This document shows positions 34,055-42,088 of a stretch of 64,000 nucleotides of DNA, piece after piece; position 1 is the first letter of the stretch, and each line of letters begins with the position of its first letter. The position numbers and the translations under genes were made by a program. Under the pieces are notes generated by a model that was not told where the DNA came from, did no database searches, and saw only the letters and a list, made by a program, of their open reading frames with translations. This DNA comes from Candidatus Nomurabacteria bacterium (GTDB lineage: Bacteria > Patescibacteriota > Minisyncoccia > Phycocordibacterales > UBA918). Location: positions 198,549 through 262,548 of the forward strand of contig JACKGF010000001.1 in assembly GCA_020632095.1 (NCBI GenBank). The letters are read 5' to 3'.

Positions 34055-34549
34055 GTGAAAGCACTACAATTATTTGCTGACTGCTGGTATATATTACTCG
34101 TAATCTCCTGTCTCGTAGTAGGTGCAACGTGGCTTGCACAGATAGAAGAGGAGAACATGCTAAGGGGACCAGCTCCGTCATTTTACAGCACAGAACAGTA
34201 CACACCTTTCTCTACATGGTTGGTCTTGGCGCTGTTTTCAGTACTCACCTTTATAGCTTCGGCGGGGACAGCGATATTCCTATTGTTGTCACCACACACG
34301 CAAAAGGTGGTGGCATGGACTCTCGAAACCATATCTAGTTGGTGGTGGTTATGGCTCGCTATCCTGATCGTAGCGATATTTCTCTTCATAGCAGCGGAAA
34401 TAGGGGAGGCACAAAATGAAGAAGCGGAGGTGAAGCAAAGAAAAGAAATGGTTATACCCAAATGGGCATTGATTACGACTGTGTTGCTGTCGCTTATCTT
34501 ACTCATTGTTTCATGTATCCACTACCTGTTCACAGTCAACCTAAGCTGA
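34055..34549 (+). CDS. hypothetical polytopic membrane protein (GTG start)
   Basis: GAGGGG SD; about 4 hydrophobic helices. Lies in a GC-elevated block. Confidence 0.5.
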   Translation: MKALQLFADCWYILLVISCLVVGATWLAQIEEENMLRGPAPSFYSTEQYTPFSTWLVLALFSVLTFIASAGTAIFLLLSPHTQKVVAWTLETISSWWWLWLAILIVAIFLFIAAEIGEAQNEEAEVKQRKEMVIPKWALITTVLLSLILLIVSCIHYLFTVNLS

Positions 34550-34568
34550 TGCGAACAAAGCATCAAAG

Positions 34569-34598
34569 CGGCCGATTTATCGGCCGTTGTTTCATTTT
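34569..34598 (+). terminator. hairpin terminator
   Basis: cggccgat-tta-atcggccg followed by ttgtttcatttt. Confidence 0.5.
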
Positions 34599-34638
34599 AT
34601 AGCTTCATATATCGAGACGTGAGACTTCAGCAGCATTT

Positions 34639-34691
34639 TTGATATTAAAGCTTATTAGCTTTATAATGTAGAAAGTATGGTGAATATGAAA
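34639..34691 (+). promoter_or_regulatory. duplicate copy of the grpE promoter and first codons (TTGATA-N17-TATAAT then ATGGTGAATATGAAA)
   Basis: 34658-34691 matches 36694-36727 at 31 of 34 positions. It encodes only MVNMKGNGERVN before a stop. Confidence 0.6.
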
Positions 34692-34780
34692 GGTAATGGG
34701 GAGAGGGTTAATTAAAGCTTGAACTGCAGAGGAGGAGGTAATGGGGAGAGGTCCGAGAGGTAATGGGGAGAGGTCCGTTA
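34692..34780 (+). repeat. iteron-like direct repeats: ggtaatggggagagg at 34692, 34737 and 34759 (the last two as tandem 22-bp units)
   Basis: Exact 15-mer three times. Units 2 and 3 extend to the 22-bp ggtaatggggagaggtccg(aga/tta). The unit resembles the outer end of the inverted repeats listed next. Confidence 0.7.
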
Positions 34781-34823
34781 TAATGCCAGAATCTGTGTTG
34801 TAATTTTAGAATGGGGTTTAATA

Positions 34824-35165
34824 TTAGAACACACAAAATGCACAAATAACGGACGTATCCCCATTAGCCCGTATCCCCATTAGCCAGATTTGACGCAACA
34901 CCATCATGAGCATCCTCACACACTCCAGCTCTTTGTTGACCTGGTAGTATGAATAGGCACTTTGTAGACGACCTGTTAAAAGACCGAAGTTGCCTGCCAC
35001 ACGCAATTCAGCTTGCTCCGTGTCTGGTTCAAACTCCTCGCCCTTCTGGTCGGCACCTTGCACCTGCCGTTTAAGCTGCTGCTGAACGGCCTCAGAGGAG
35101 AAGTTTGCAACCAGGACAGCTACGAAAACCTCGATACCGGATCTTACTTTTTGTGGGTTAAGCAT
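34824..35165 (-). CDS. hypothetical small cytoplasmic protein (114 aa) inside the repeat-bounded element
   Basis: AGGAGAT SD before the ATG of MLNPQKVRSG.... The track's longer 34824..35240 form lacks an SD. About 50% GC. Confidence 0.45.
   Translation of the reverse strand: MLNPQKVRSGIEVFVAVLVANFSSEAVQQQLKRQVQGADQKGEEFEPDTEQAELRVAGNFGLLTGRLQSAYSYYQVNKELECVRMLMMVLRQIWLMGIRANGDTSVICAFCVF
34844..34885 (-). repeat. left terminal inverted repeat of a 1.78-kb element; contains an internal tandem duplication of cgtatccccattagcc
   Basis: Its reverse complement, ggctaatggggatacgggctaatggggatacgtccgttattt, matches 36580-36624 at about 41 of 45 positions. Confidence 0.65.
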
Positions 35166-35251
35166 TTTGTATCTCCTATTCAGAGGAAAAGAGAACCTTA
35201 CGTAACTAGATATTACTACTTTCATCCATAATAAGAGCATTATATTTGTAA

Positions 35252-35297
35252 TATGTCAATATTTTCGCAACTAGATTGATAGCGATCAATATTGACA
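35252..35297. promoter_or_regulatory. 11-bp perfect inverted repeat atgtcaatatt/aatattgacat with 24-bp spacer, between divergent genes
   Basis: Each arm contains TTGACA, pointing outward toward one of the two genes. An inner palindrome ttgatagcgatcaa sits in the spacer. Confidence 0.5.
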
Positions 35298-35383
35298 TTT
35301 GTAGTAAATGACGTACTATCTAGTTATTAAACCGTTCTTTTTTCCGTCGAATGACGGGTTTCTTTTATTTTTGGAGTTAGACA

Positions 35384-35977
35384 ATGGTCAACAATATTCC
35401 ACGCATCATAGCCACGCTTGCTGCTTCTCTCATTCTGTTTTACGGTTCGCCAAGCAACGCGGTACCGACGGAAGAAAGCGCTGACCTGAAAACCAGCGTC
35501 GTTTCTCAGCCAGTCCCAGCCAGTGACAAGAAGGAGTCAGTGATTCTAGTTAGTGATTACTTCTGGGAATCTGAACTACCCAACGAATGGAGCAATGGCA
35601 GTCCGATTATTGTTAACATGAAAAACCCTACTTATGACTCTCCAGTCATGAACAGGCCTCCGAATGAAGCGCGGCCGAGCTGGGTCAATATGAGACGATC
35701 AATTAGCCAATTCACTCGCAACCTGTACTACCAAGTAAGTGTCATGTTGTGTACATACATGGTTGAGTCCAGAGAGGAATACATAACCGGACTTAGTGAC
35801 AAGACAAAAATTGATCCTGACTATGTTAGACACCTAATCCTCGATCATATACAAAGAATAAGTGAGATAAAAAATGTCATGCAAGCAAAACGATTGGATG
35901 AACCGGAGCATCTTCGATTTCATTCACTGGTGGCCAAACATTTGAGCGAAGTGAAGCTACTCGAAGGGATGCTTTAA
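35384..35977 (+). CDS. hypothetical secreted protein (197 aa)
   Basis: GGAG SD. Signal-peptide-like N-terminus IIATLAASLILFYGSPSNA. Confidence 0.5.
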   Translation: MVNNIPRIIATLAASLILFYGSPSNAVPTEESADLKTSVVSQPVPASDKKESVILVSDYFWESELPNEWSNGSPIIVNMKNPTYDSPVMNRPPNEARPSWVNMRRSISQFTRNLYYQVSVMLCTYMVESREEYITGLSDKTKIDPDYVRHLILDHIQRISEIKNVMQAKRLDEPEHLRFHSLVAKHLSEVKLLEGML

Positions 35978-36003
35978 CACCATCTTTTTACAGACAAACA
36001 ATA

Positions 36004-36035
36004 CAGCGCGCCGACCACAAGGTCTGCGCGCTTTT
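36004..36035 (+). terminator. hairpin terminator
   Basis: agcgcgc...gcgcgct followed by ttt. Confidence 0.5.
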
Positions 36036-36301
36036 ACATTATTAATCTGACTCTATTATTTTTCGTCGAAATCTCAGTTCATATATCAGTTCAACTACCG
36101 AATTTACTTAGACTAGAGTGCAACCGGTCTTCCTGAAGAATAATTACCTCATTTTCTATCGAAATTATGACTTTTCTACCCATCTAAGCAGCTTCAATTT
36201 TGACATCAAACTTCTCTTGCTTTACATTCAAAGCAGTTACATTGGTCATTAAAATCAAAACCTGATTAATTACAGTAGTAAATAACCTGCAGGAGAATAT
36301 A

Positions 36302-36643
36302 ATGGATAAGCAATTACTGATCGCACTTTTTCCGTTCTTAACAGGACTGTTCGCATATAACGCGATAAATCTCGCTTTTAGTTGTGTTGGGTGTCATGAA
36401 AATTCTATATTTTCTCCAGATGAATGGAAGAGAATCACTATTTTTTCACTAGGACTACTTATAGTGTCAGCTGCCCTGAAAGCCTTTACATCATCATCGA
36501 TAGAAACACAAGTAGTAACAATGGGCACACTAACCTTCCTTCGAGATACATGGTTCTTATCACTAATTGTGTTGATTGGCTCAATATTTGAGGCCAACGG
36601 GGATACGAGGCCAACGGGGATACGTCCGTTATTTATTCGATAA
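36302..36643 (+). CDS. hypothetical membrane protein (113 aa) whose C-terminus is encoded by the right inverted repeat
   Basis: AGGAGA SD and 3 hydrophobic helices. The last ~20 codons run through 36580-36624. Confidence 0.45.
   Translation: MDKQLLIALFPFLTGLFAYNAINLAFSCVGCHENSIFSPDEWKRITIFSLGLLIVSAALKAFTSSSIETQVVTMGTLTFLRDTWFLSLIVLIGSIFEANGDTRPTGIRPLFIR
36580..36624 (+). repeat. right terminal inverted repeat (tandem gaggccaacggggatac x2 then gtccgttattt)
   Basis: Pairs with 34844-34885. Confidence 0.65.
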
Positions 36644-36675
36644 GTGTTGCGTAATGTTTCCAAAAGCAAAATTTT

Positions 36676-36704
36676 TGACATTTAGGTCTTCTGGCTTTAT
36701 AATG
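36676..36704 (+). promoter_or_regulatory. grpE promoter TTGACA-N17-TATAAT, 8 nt before ATG
   Basis: Perfect consensus hexamers. Essentially a leaderless transcript. Confidence 0.6.
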
Positions 36705-36712
36705 CGAAAAGT

Positions 36713-37315
36713 ATGGTGAATATGAAAAATAATGACGACGATTTCGAAACTGAAATCACCAACGAGGACGGAAATGATATTGAATTACCCGAGTTAGAGG
36801 ATATTGAGGAACGCACGGAGGATAAAATTAAGAAATTAAGACAAAAATTATCCGAGTGTGAAGAGGAGAAAAAAGCGATTTTGGATGAGTCACAACGAAC
36901 GAAAGCTGACTTCCTAAACGCCCGCAAACGACTAGAAGACGAAAGGGCACGCGACCGCATCCGTTACCGCAAGCAACACGTTGAAGAGTTACTACCACTG
37001 TGTGACAGTTTTCAGATGGCCATGAGTAATAAAGAAGCCTGGGAGAAGGCGGACCCAGCTTGGCGGGTCGGAATTGAAGGAATTCACAGTCAATTACTGA
37101 ATATACTCAATTCTTATGGAGTAAAGGCGGTATCGCCAGAAGGCGAGGTTTTCAGCCCTCATCAACACGAAGCGATTGGCACCGAAGACGTCGAAGATGA
37201 AGCACTACACGACAAGATAGTTAGTGTGGTACAAAAAGGTTACGAGATGACTACGGGTGACACGACAGAAACTATCAGACCAGCCCGAGTCACCACTGGA
37301 ATAAAGATTAAGTAA
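36713..37315 (+). CDS. grpE: nucleotide exchange factor GrpE
   Basis: Acidic N-terminus, coiled coil, GrpE C-terminal domain. Sits upstream of dnaK. Confidence 0.85.
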   Translation: MVNMKNNDDDFETEITNEDGNDIELPELEDIEERTEDKIKKLRQKLSECEEEKKAILDESQRTKADFLNARKRLEDERARDRIRYRKQHVEELLPLCDSFQMAMSNKEAWEKADPAWRVGIEGIHSQLLNILNSYGVKAVSPEGEVFSPHQHEAIGTEDVEDEALHDKIVSVVQKGYEMTTGDTTETIRPARVTTGIKIK

Positions 37316-37428
37316 GTAAACGAACGTAGCGACTATTGCGAACTTATGTCCGAATTTGCGCGTTTCAAGCGCAAACTCCTGGACGAACTAGACCTGACAA
37401 TTAATTAGAAATATTGTATACAAAATAT

Positions 37429-39333
37429 ATGGCAAAAATACTTGGAATTGACCTAGGAACAACTAACTCAGCCATTGCTGTTATCGAAGCAGGCGAGCCA
37501 GTTATTATTGAAAATAGTGAGGGTACCAGAACTACACCATCGGTCGTAGCTATTTCGAAAACTAACGAGCGACTAGTGGGACAAATCGCTAAGCGACAAG
37601 CAGTTACCAACCCCACCAACACCATTTATGGTATTAAGCGCTTCATGGGCCACAACTACGATGACGAAGTAGTTACCAAAGACAAAGACATCGTTCCTTA
37701 TGAAATCAAGAAGGGAGCTGACGGTGGAGCAGTGGTAGTGATGGATGGTAAAGAATACCGTCCGGAGGAAGTTTCAGCTATGATTCTGACCAAGCTTAAG
37801 AATGACGCTGAATCAAAACTCGGAGAAAAAATCACCGAAGCTGTTATTACTGTACCAGCCTATTTCAACGATGCTCAACGCAAATCAACTCAAGACGCGG
37901 GAAAGATTGCCGGACTAAATGTCCGTCGTATCATCAACGAACCGACTGCAGCCGCTCTAGCTTACGGATTTAACAAGAAGAAGGACGAGAAGTTAGTAGT
38001 CTACGACTTCGGTGGTGGAACCTTTGACGTCAGTGTGCTAGAAGTGGGTGATGACGTGATCGAAGTTCAATCGACTGACGGTGACGCTCACATGGGAGGA
38101 CGAGATATTGACCAAGGTATCGTACGATTTCTAATTGACGAATTCAAAAAGTCAGAAGGAATTGATTTAGGTAAAGACAAGCTAGCCTTGCAACGTCTAG
38201 ATGAGGCCGCTGAAAAAGCTAAGCATGAACTCTCATCAACTACTGAAACCAACGTAAATATTCCATTCATTTCCTCAAACGCTGAAGGTCCAAAACACAT
38301 GGACATCAAAATGACCCGCGCAAAACTGGAAGAACTGTCACATGAATTTGTTGACAAATCTATCGAAATCACTAAGCGTGCGCTGGAAGCTTCTGGACTA
38401 AAGAAAGAAGATATTGACGAAATTATCCTAGTTGGAGGGCAGACTCGCATGCCAGCTATTCAGAATGCGGTGAAGGAGCTATTTGGTAAAGAACCAAACC
38501 GAACCATCAACCCAGACGAAGTGGTAGCTCTCGGGGCAGCAATTCAAGCTGGTATTTTTCAAGGTGACGTACAAGACATTACTCTAGTAGACGTTATTCC
38601 ACTTTCACTTGGTATTGAAACTATGGGTAGTGTAAACACTAAGTTAATTGAAAAAAACACTCACATCCCAACCAAGAAGCAACAAGTCTTTTCAACGGCC
38701 GCCGACAATCAAACCTCTACCGAAATTCACATCGTACAAGGAGAACGACCAATGGCGAGCGACAACAAATCTCTTGGGCGCTTTGTCCTAGATGGTATTC
38801 CACCAGCTCCGCGTGGCGTGCCACAGATTGAAGTAACTTTCGATGTTGATAGTAACGGTGTACTCAATGTGACCGCCAAAGACAAATCAACCGGCAAAGA
38901 GCAATCTATCCGTATCGAAGCAACTTCAGGTCTAACTGACGAAGATATAGAAAAAATGAAGAAGGAAGCAGAAGACCATGCTGAAGAAGATGCTAAGAAA
39001 AAAGAAATTATTGAAGTTCGCAATCAAGCTGAACAGCTAGTCTACACCGCTGAGAAATCCCTAAAAGACCACGAGAAGGAAGTACCAGCTGATGTTAAAA
39101 CTGAGATTGAAGAGAAAGTTAAAAGCCTGAACGAGGTAAAAGAAAAAGACGACAAAGCAGCTATCGAAACCGCCACTGAAGCACTCTCAAATTCACTACA
39201 AAAAATTGGTGAAATAATGCAAAAAGCGGCCGAGGAAGCAGCCAAAAAGACTGAAGGAAACGAAGAAAAGAAAGATGACGAACCAGTCGTACATGAAGCT
39301 GAAGAGGCTGACTCCGACAAGAAAGACAAGTAA
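37429..39333 (+). CDS. dnaK: chaperone DnaK (Hsp70)
   Basis: [26 protein letters not shown] and the rest of the Hsp70 signature. The track start at 37414 is 5 codons upstream. Confidence 0.95.
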   Translation: MAKILGIDLGTTNSAIAVIEAGEPVIIENSEGTRTTPSVVAISKTNERLVGQIAKRQAVTNPTNTIYGIKRFMGHNYDDEVVTKDKDIVPYEIKKGADGGAVVVMDGKEYRPEEVSAMILTKLKNDAESKLGEKITEAVITVPAYFNDAQRKSTQDAGKIAGLNVRRIINEPTAAALAYGFNKKKDEKLVVYDFGGGTFDVSVLEVGDDVIEVQSTDGDAHMGGRDIDQGIVRFLIDEFKKSEGIDLGKDKLALQRLDEAAEKAKHELSSTTETNVNIPFISSNAEGPKHMDIKMTRAKLEELSHEFVDKSIEITKRALEASGLKKEDIDEIILVGGQTRMPAIQNAVKELFGKEPNRTINPDEVVALGAAIQAGIFQGDVQDITLVDVIPLSLGIETMGSVNTKLIEKNTHIPTKKQQVFSTAADNQTSTEIHIVQGERPMASDNKSLGRFVLDGIPPAPRGVPQIEVTFDVDSNGVLNVTAKDKSTGKEQSIRIEATSGLTDEDIEKMKKEAEDHAEEDAKKKEIIEVRNQAEQLVYTAEKSLKDHEKEVPADVKTEIEEKVKSLNEVKEKDDKAAIETATEALSNSLQKIGEIMQKAAEEAAKKTEGNEEKKDDEPVVHEAEEADSDKKDK

Positions 39334-39338
39334 TTGAG

Positions 39339-39385
39339 AGGGAAGCGGTGGCGCAAAATCTTCGATTTTGCGCCACTTTCCCCTT
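39339..39385 (+). terminator. strong hairpin between dnaK and dnaJ
   Basis: 13-bp perfect stem gtggcgcaaaatc/gattttgcgccac then tttcccctt. Confidence 0.6.
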
Positions 39386-39436
39386 AATGCTACAATCAAA
39401 TCATTATTCCATCACTAGAGCATTTCGCACTTAATT

Positions 39437-40504
39437 ATGAAAGACTACTACACAATTCTCGGTCTTGAAAAAGGCGCCCCCAAAGACGAAGTCAAAAAAG
39501 CCTTTCGTAAAATGGCGGCTAAGTACCATCCCGACAAAAAAACCGGTGATGAGGAAAAATACAAAGAAATCACTGAAGCCTATGCTGTATTGAGTGATGA
39601 TAAGAAAAAAGCCGAGTACGATACCTACGGCCACGCCTTTAGTAATAGTGGTGGGGGAGGAGCGGGAGGGTTTAACTGGCAGGATTTCCAAGGTGCACAA
39701 GGCGGTTTTGGAGGACAAGGTTTCGAATTTGATATAAATGACATTTTCCAAAACTTTGGTTTTGGTGGCGGTGGACAACAAGTTCAACGAGGACGTGATG
39801 TTTCCATTGACATCAATTTAAAGTTTGAAGAAGCGATTTTTGGTGTGACCAGAAAACTATTAATCACCAAAAACAATACCTGTGTACACTGTGACGGCAC
39901 TGGGGCCAAAAAGGGAACTGAGATGAGTAGTTGTACAACCTGTGGTGGCAATGGAAAAGTACGCGAAACCAGACAAAGTATCATGGGTAGCTTTACCACT
40001 GTCCGTGAGTGTCATGTCTGTAACGGTACTGGTAATGTACCCAAGGAGCGTTGTGGACACTGTGCTGGAGCGGGGATTGCTCGTACCGAAGAAGAAATTT
40101 CTATCAAGGTACCGGCCGGTATCAGTAACGGAGAAGTAATTCGTATGACTGGTCGCGGTGAAGCCGTGTCAAATGGACAACCAGGTGACTTATACATCAA
40201 GGTCCATGTCGAAGCTCACAAGAGTATCCGGCGCGACGGCTCAACTCTTACTATTGCGCTACCTATCAAGCTAACCGACGCATTACTTGGAGCCACTTAT
40301 ACCGTCACCACTCTAGACGGTAACGTTGATATTAAAATTCCAGCTGGTATTGCTCACGGTGAACTAATTCGTATTAAAGAGAAGGGTGTCCCTGGCGACC
40401 GTGGCCGTGGTGACTTCATGGTCAAAATCTCCATCGAAACCCCGAAGAAACTTTCCAAACAAGCCACCAAATTGGTTGAACAACTACGCGAGGAGGGTAT
40501 ATAA
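39437..40504 (+). CDS. dnaJ: co-chaperone DnaJ
   Basis: J domain with HPD, a G/F-rich region, and four CxxCxGxG zinc-finger repeats. Confidence 0.9.
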   Translation: MKDYYTILGLEKGAPKDEVKKAFRKMAAKYHPDKKTGDEEKYKEITEAYAVLSDDKKKAEYDTYGHAFSNSGGGGAGGFNWQDFQGAQGGFGGQGFEFDINDIFQNFGFGGGGQQVQRGRDVSIDINLKFEEAIFGVTRKLLITKNNTCVHCDGTGAKKGTEMSSCTTCGGNGKVRETRQSIMGSFTTVRECHVCNGTGNVPKERCGHCAGAGIARTEEEISIKVPAGISNGEVIRMTGRGEAVSNGQPGDLYIKVHVEAHKSIRRDGSTLTIALPIKLTDALLGATYTVTTLDGNVDIKIPAGIAHGELIRIKEKGVPGDRGRGDFMVKISIETPKKLSKQATKLVEQLREEGI

Positions 40505-40547
40505 CAAACAGCGGGCTTGGGAAAAGATAAATCTTTTCCCAAGCCCG
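40490..40547 (+). repeat. dnaJ 3' end plus terminator hairpin, copy 1 of a 58-bp direct repeat (copy 2 at 41129-41186)
   Basis: gaggagggtatataaca.acagcgggcttgggaaaagataaatcttttcccaagcccg. Perfect 17-bp stem terminator at 40512-40547. Confidence 0.8.
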
Positions 40548-40560
40548 CTGGCCTTTAGGC

Positions 40561-40845
40561 CTACATCAGGTCACCAGTCTTTTCGCACGAGACTGACTGC
40601 TGGTCAACCATATCTGGCAGTCTTTCGAGAATCATACCCAATCTCACCATGATTGCCTGAAACAGAGTTAGCAATCCCGTAAATGCAAACGCCGCCGCAC
40701 AAGCTCCATAAACAGCTGAGGACACTTGTGTTTCAACTATAATAGAGATAAATATCATGCCCATGGAAGCGAAGAAATACAAAGTGGAAACAAGCGTACT
40801 TCTGACTAAATTCCTCTTCTCTTCTTGAATTGAAAGAACCTTCAT
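40561..40845 (-). CDS. small 2-TM membrane protein, hypothetical
   Basis: GGAGG SD upstream of the ATG. Confidence 0.4.
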   Translation of the reverse strand: MKVLSIQEEKRNLVRSTLVSTLYFFASMGMIFISIIVETQVSSAVYGACAAAFAFTGLLTLFQAIMVRLGMILERLPDMVDQQSVSCEKTGDLM

Positions 40846-40909
40846 TTTTTTCCTCCAAAAGAATTAAAATATTTCTTAAAATTATACACACAAACCTGCT
40901 TTTGTCAAT

Positions 40910-41143
40910 ATGCACCAACCTCCACGTTTTGATTTTGAAGACAAAAAATTTCCTGACAGTGATTTTGCGCTGCACGAACAAATCATTGAAGACCGTGGTA
41001 GTCGGTACTCAGTTAGCTATGGCCAGGTGGGGAGCAGGGAAGACATCAAACTTTTTCTTAAACAACTCAAGCAAAACAAAAAATACGCCAGCGCCACCCA
41101 CAACACTTGGGCCGCTCGCATTAGCCACGAGGAGGGTATATAA
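40910..41143 (+). pseudogene. chimeric gene fragment: 5' 75 codons of yigZ fused in frame to the last codons (EEGI*) and terminator of dnaJ
   Basis: 40902-41128 is nearly identical to 41611-41842 (one 3-nt indel, one substitution). It then switches to the dnaJ-end repeat at the microhomology acgaggag. Confidence 0.65.
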
Positions 41144-41306
41144 CAGACAACGGGCTTGGGAAAAGATAAATCTTTTCCCAAGCCCGTAACAATTATTCTT
41201 ATTATTCTTTAATTTCCTGGAACTAACAATCTTTTTTTCTAAACATCAACCGCTTTAGCAATCTCATTTATCTGTTGCGGTACTCATGTAAATGAGTCAT
41301 GAAAAG

Positions 41307-41510
41307 TTAACGATCTTCTTCTGTCATCTGCGACGTACCTTCAGCTAATTCAAGCAGTGCATTTAACGCCTTGACAGTAGTTGCCGCTTCCTGCACGAAA
41401 AGCACAAAAGCTAGCTTCATCCTGTACAACCGCACTATGGCAACAATCGCCACAATAGTCATCACAACAAAACCGATAAGACAAATAGTCGCAAGAGTGT
41501 TCATTTTCAA
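41307..41510 (-). CDS. small single-TM protein (67 aa), hypothetical
   Basis: AAGGA SD, a hydrophobic core, then a charged tail. Confidence 0.35.
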   Translation of the reverse strand: MKMNTLATICLIGFVVMTIVAIVAIVRLYRMKLAFVLFVQEAATTVKALNALLELAEGTSQMTEEDR

Positions 41511-41540
41511 TTCCTTTAATCAAAAAATGTTTTGAATTAC

Positions 41541-41573
41541 AAGGGATGCTACTTGAGAGGTAGCTGGGGGGGT
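41541..41573 (+). mobile_element. solo IS30-family terminal-repeat remnant
   Basis: gctacttgagaggtagctggggg matches the right end of the intact IS30 (tcctacttgaggggtagctggagg at 23191-23214). Confidence 0.4.
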
Positions 41574-41618
41574 ACAAAATCCTTGCTATATTATACATAT
41601 AATATTATAATTGTCAAC

Positions 41619-42038
41619 ATGTCGCACCAACCTCCACGTTTTGATTTTGAAGACAAAAAATTTCCTGACAGTGATTTTGCGCTGCACGAACAAATCATTG
41701 AAGACCGTGGTAGTCGGTACTCAGTTAGCTATGGCCAGGTGGGGAGCAGGGAAGACATCAAACTTTTTCTTAAACAACTCAAGCAAAACAAAAAATACGC
41801 CAGCGCCACCCACAACACTTGGGCCGCTCGCATTAGCCACGAAGGTGTGATCTACGAAACCAAAGCCGACGATGGTGAAACCGGAGCAGGGATGGTCATT
41901 CTTCGAATCATGCAAAAAGAGCAGGTGACCAACTGTGTAATTTGTGTCACGCGCTGGTTTGGGGGAGTGAAGCTGATGGGGGACCGCTTCAAACATGTCC
42001 AAGACGCCACCAAATACGCTATTGATTCATTCTCCTAA
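41619..42038 (+). CDS. yigZ: YigZ/IMPACT-family protein (UPF0029)
   Basis: ASATHNTWAARISHE...DDGETGAGMVILRIM...CVTRWFGGVKLMGD matches the IMPACT N-domain signature. Two TATAAT boxes at 41598-41611 lie 7 nt before the ATG. The track ORF starts at 41532, but ATG 41619 is the likely start. Confidence 0.8.
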   Translation: MSHQPPRFDFEDKKFPDSDFALHEQIIEDRGSRYSVSYGQVGSREDIKLFLKQLKQNKKYASATHNTWAARISHEGVIYETKADDGETGAGMVILRIMQKEQVTNCVICVTRWFGGVKLMGDRFKHVQDATKYAIDSFS

Positions 42039-42088
42039 TCTGGTGAGAACGTGTTTTCTTACGGTCAAAGTAACCTATAATATTACAA

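Noticed and set aside
34692-34889. CRISPR array
   Set aside because: The repeats are only 15-22 bp, directly tandem with no unique spacers, and no cas genes are nearby. This is not CRISPR-like.
36640-37430. CIRCE (HrcA) operator upstream of grpE or dnaK
   Set aside because: No TTAGCACTC-N9-GAGTGCTAA-like inverted repeat is present. Only an unrelated 7-bp-stem hairpin (tttgcgc...gcgcaaa) lies between grpE and dnaK.
37414-39400. Many minus-strand ORFs of 60-120 aa overlapping dnaK (38088-38450, 38727-39023, 39042-39356, 39161-39376, 39196-39399)
   Set aside because: They are antisense to a strongly conserved Hsp70 frame and are Ser/Phe-rich low-complexity translations of GA/AG-rich coding DNA. 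Artefacts.
40386-40652. ORF overlapping the dnaJ 3' end and terminator on the plus strand
   Set aside because: It runs through the dnaJ stop and hairpin in another frame and has no independent start signals.
40830-41850. ORFs 40830..41189 and 41611..41850 sharing the peptide CTNLHVLILKTKNF...
   Set aside because: They are alternative-frame readings of the duplicated yigZ 5' block. The yigZ frame carries the conserved IMPACT motifs.
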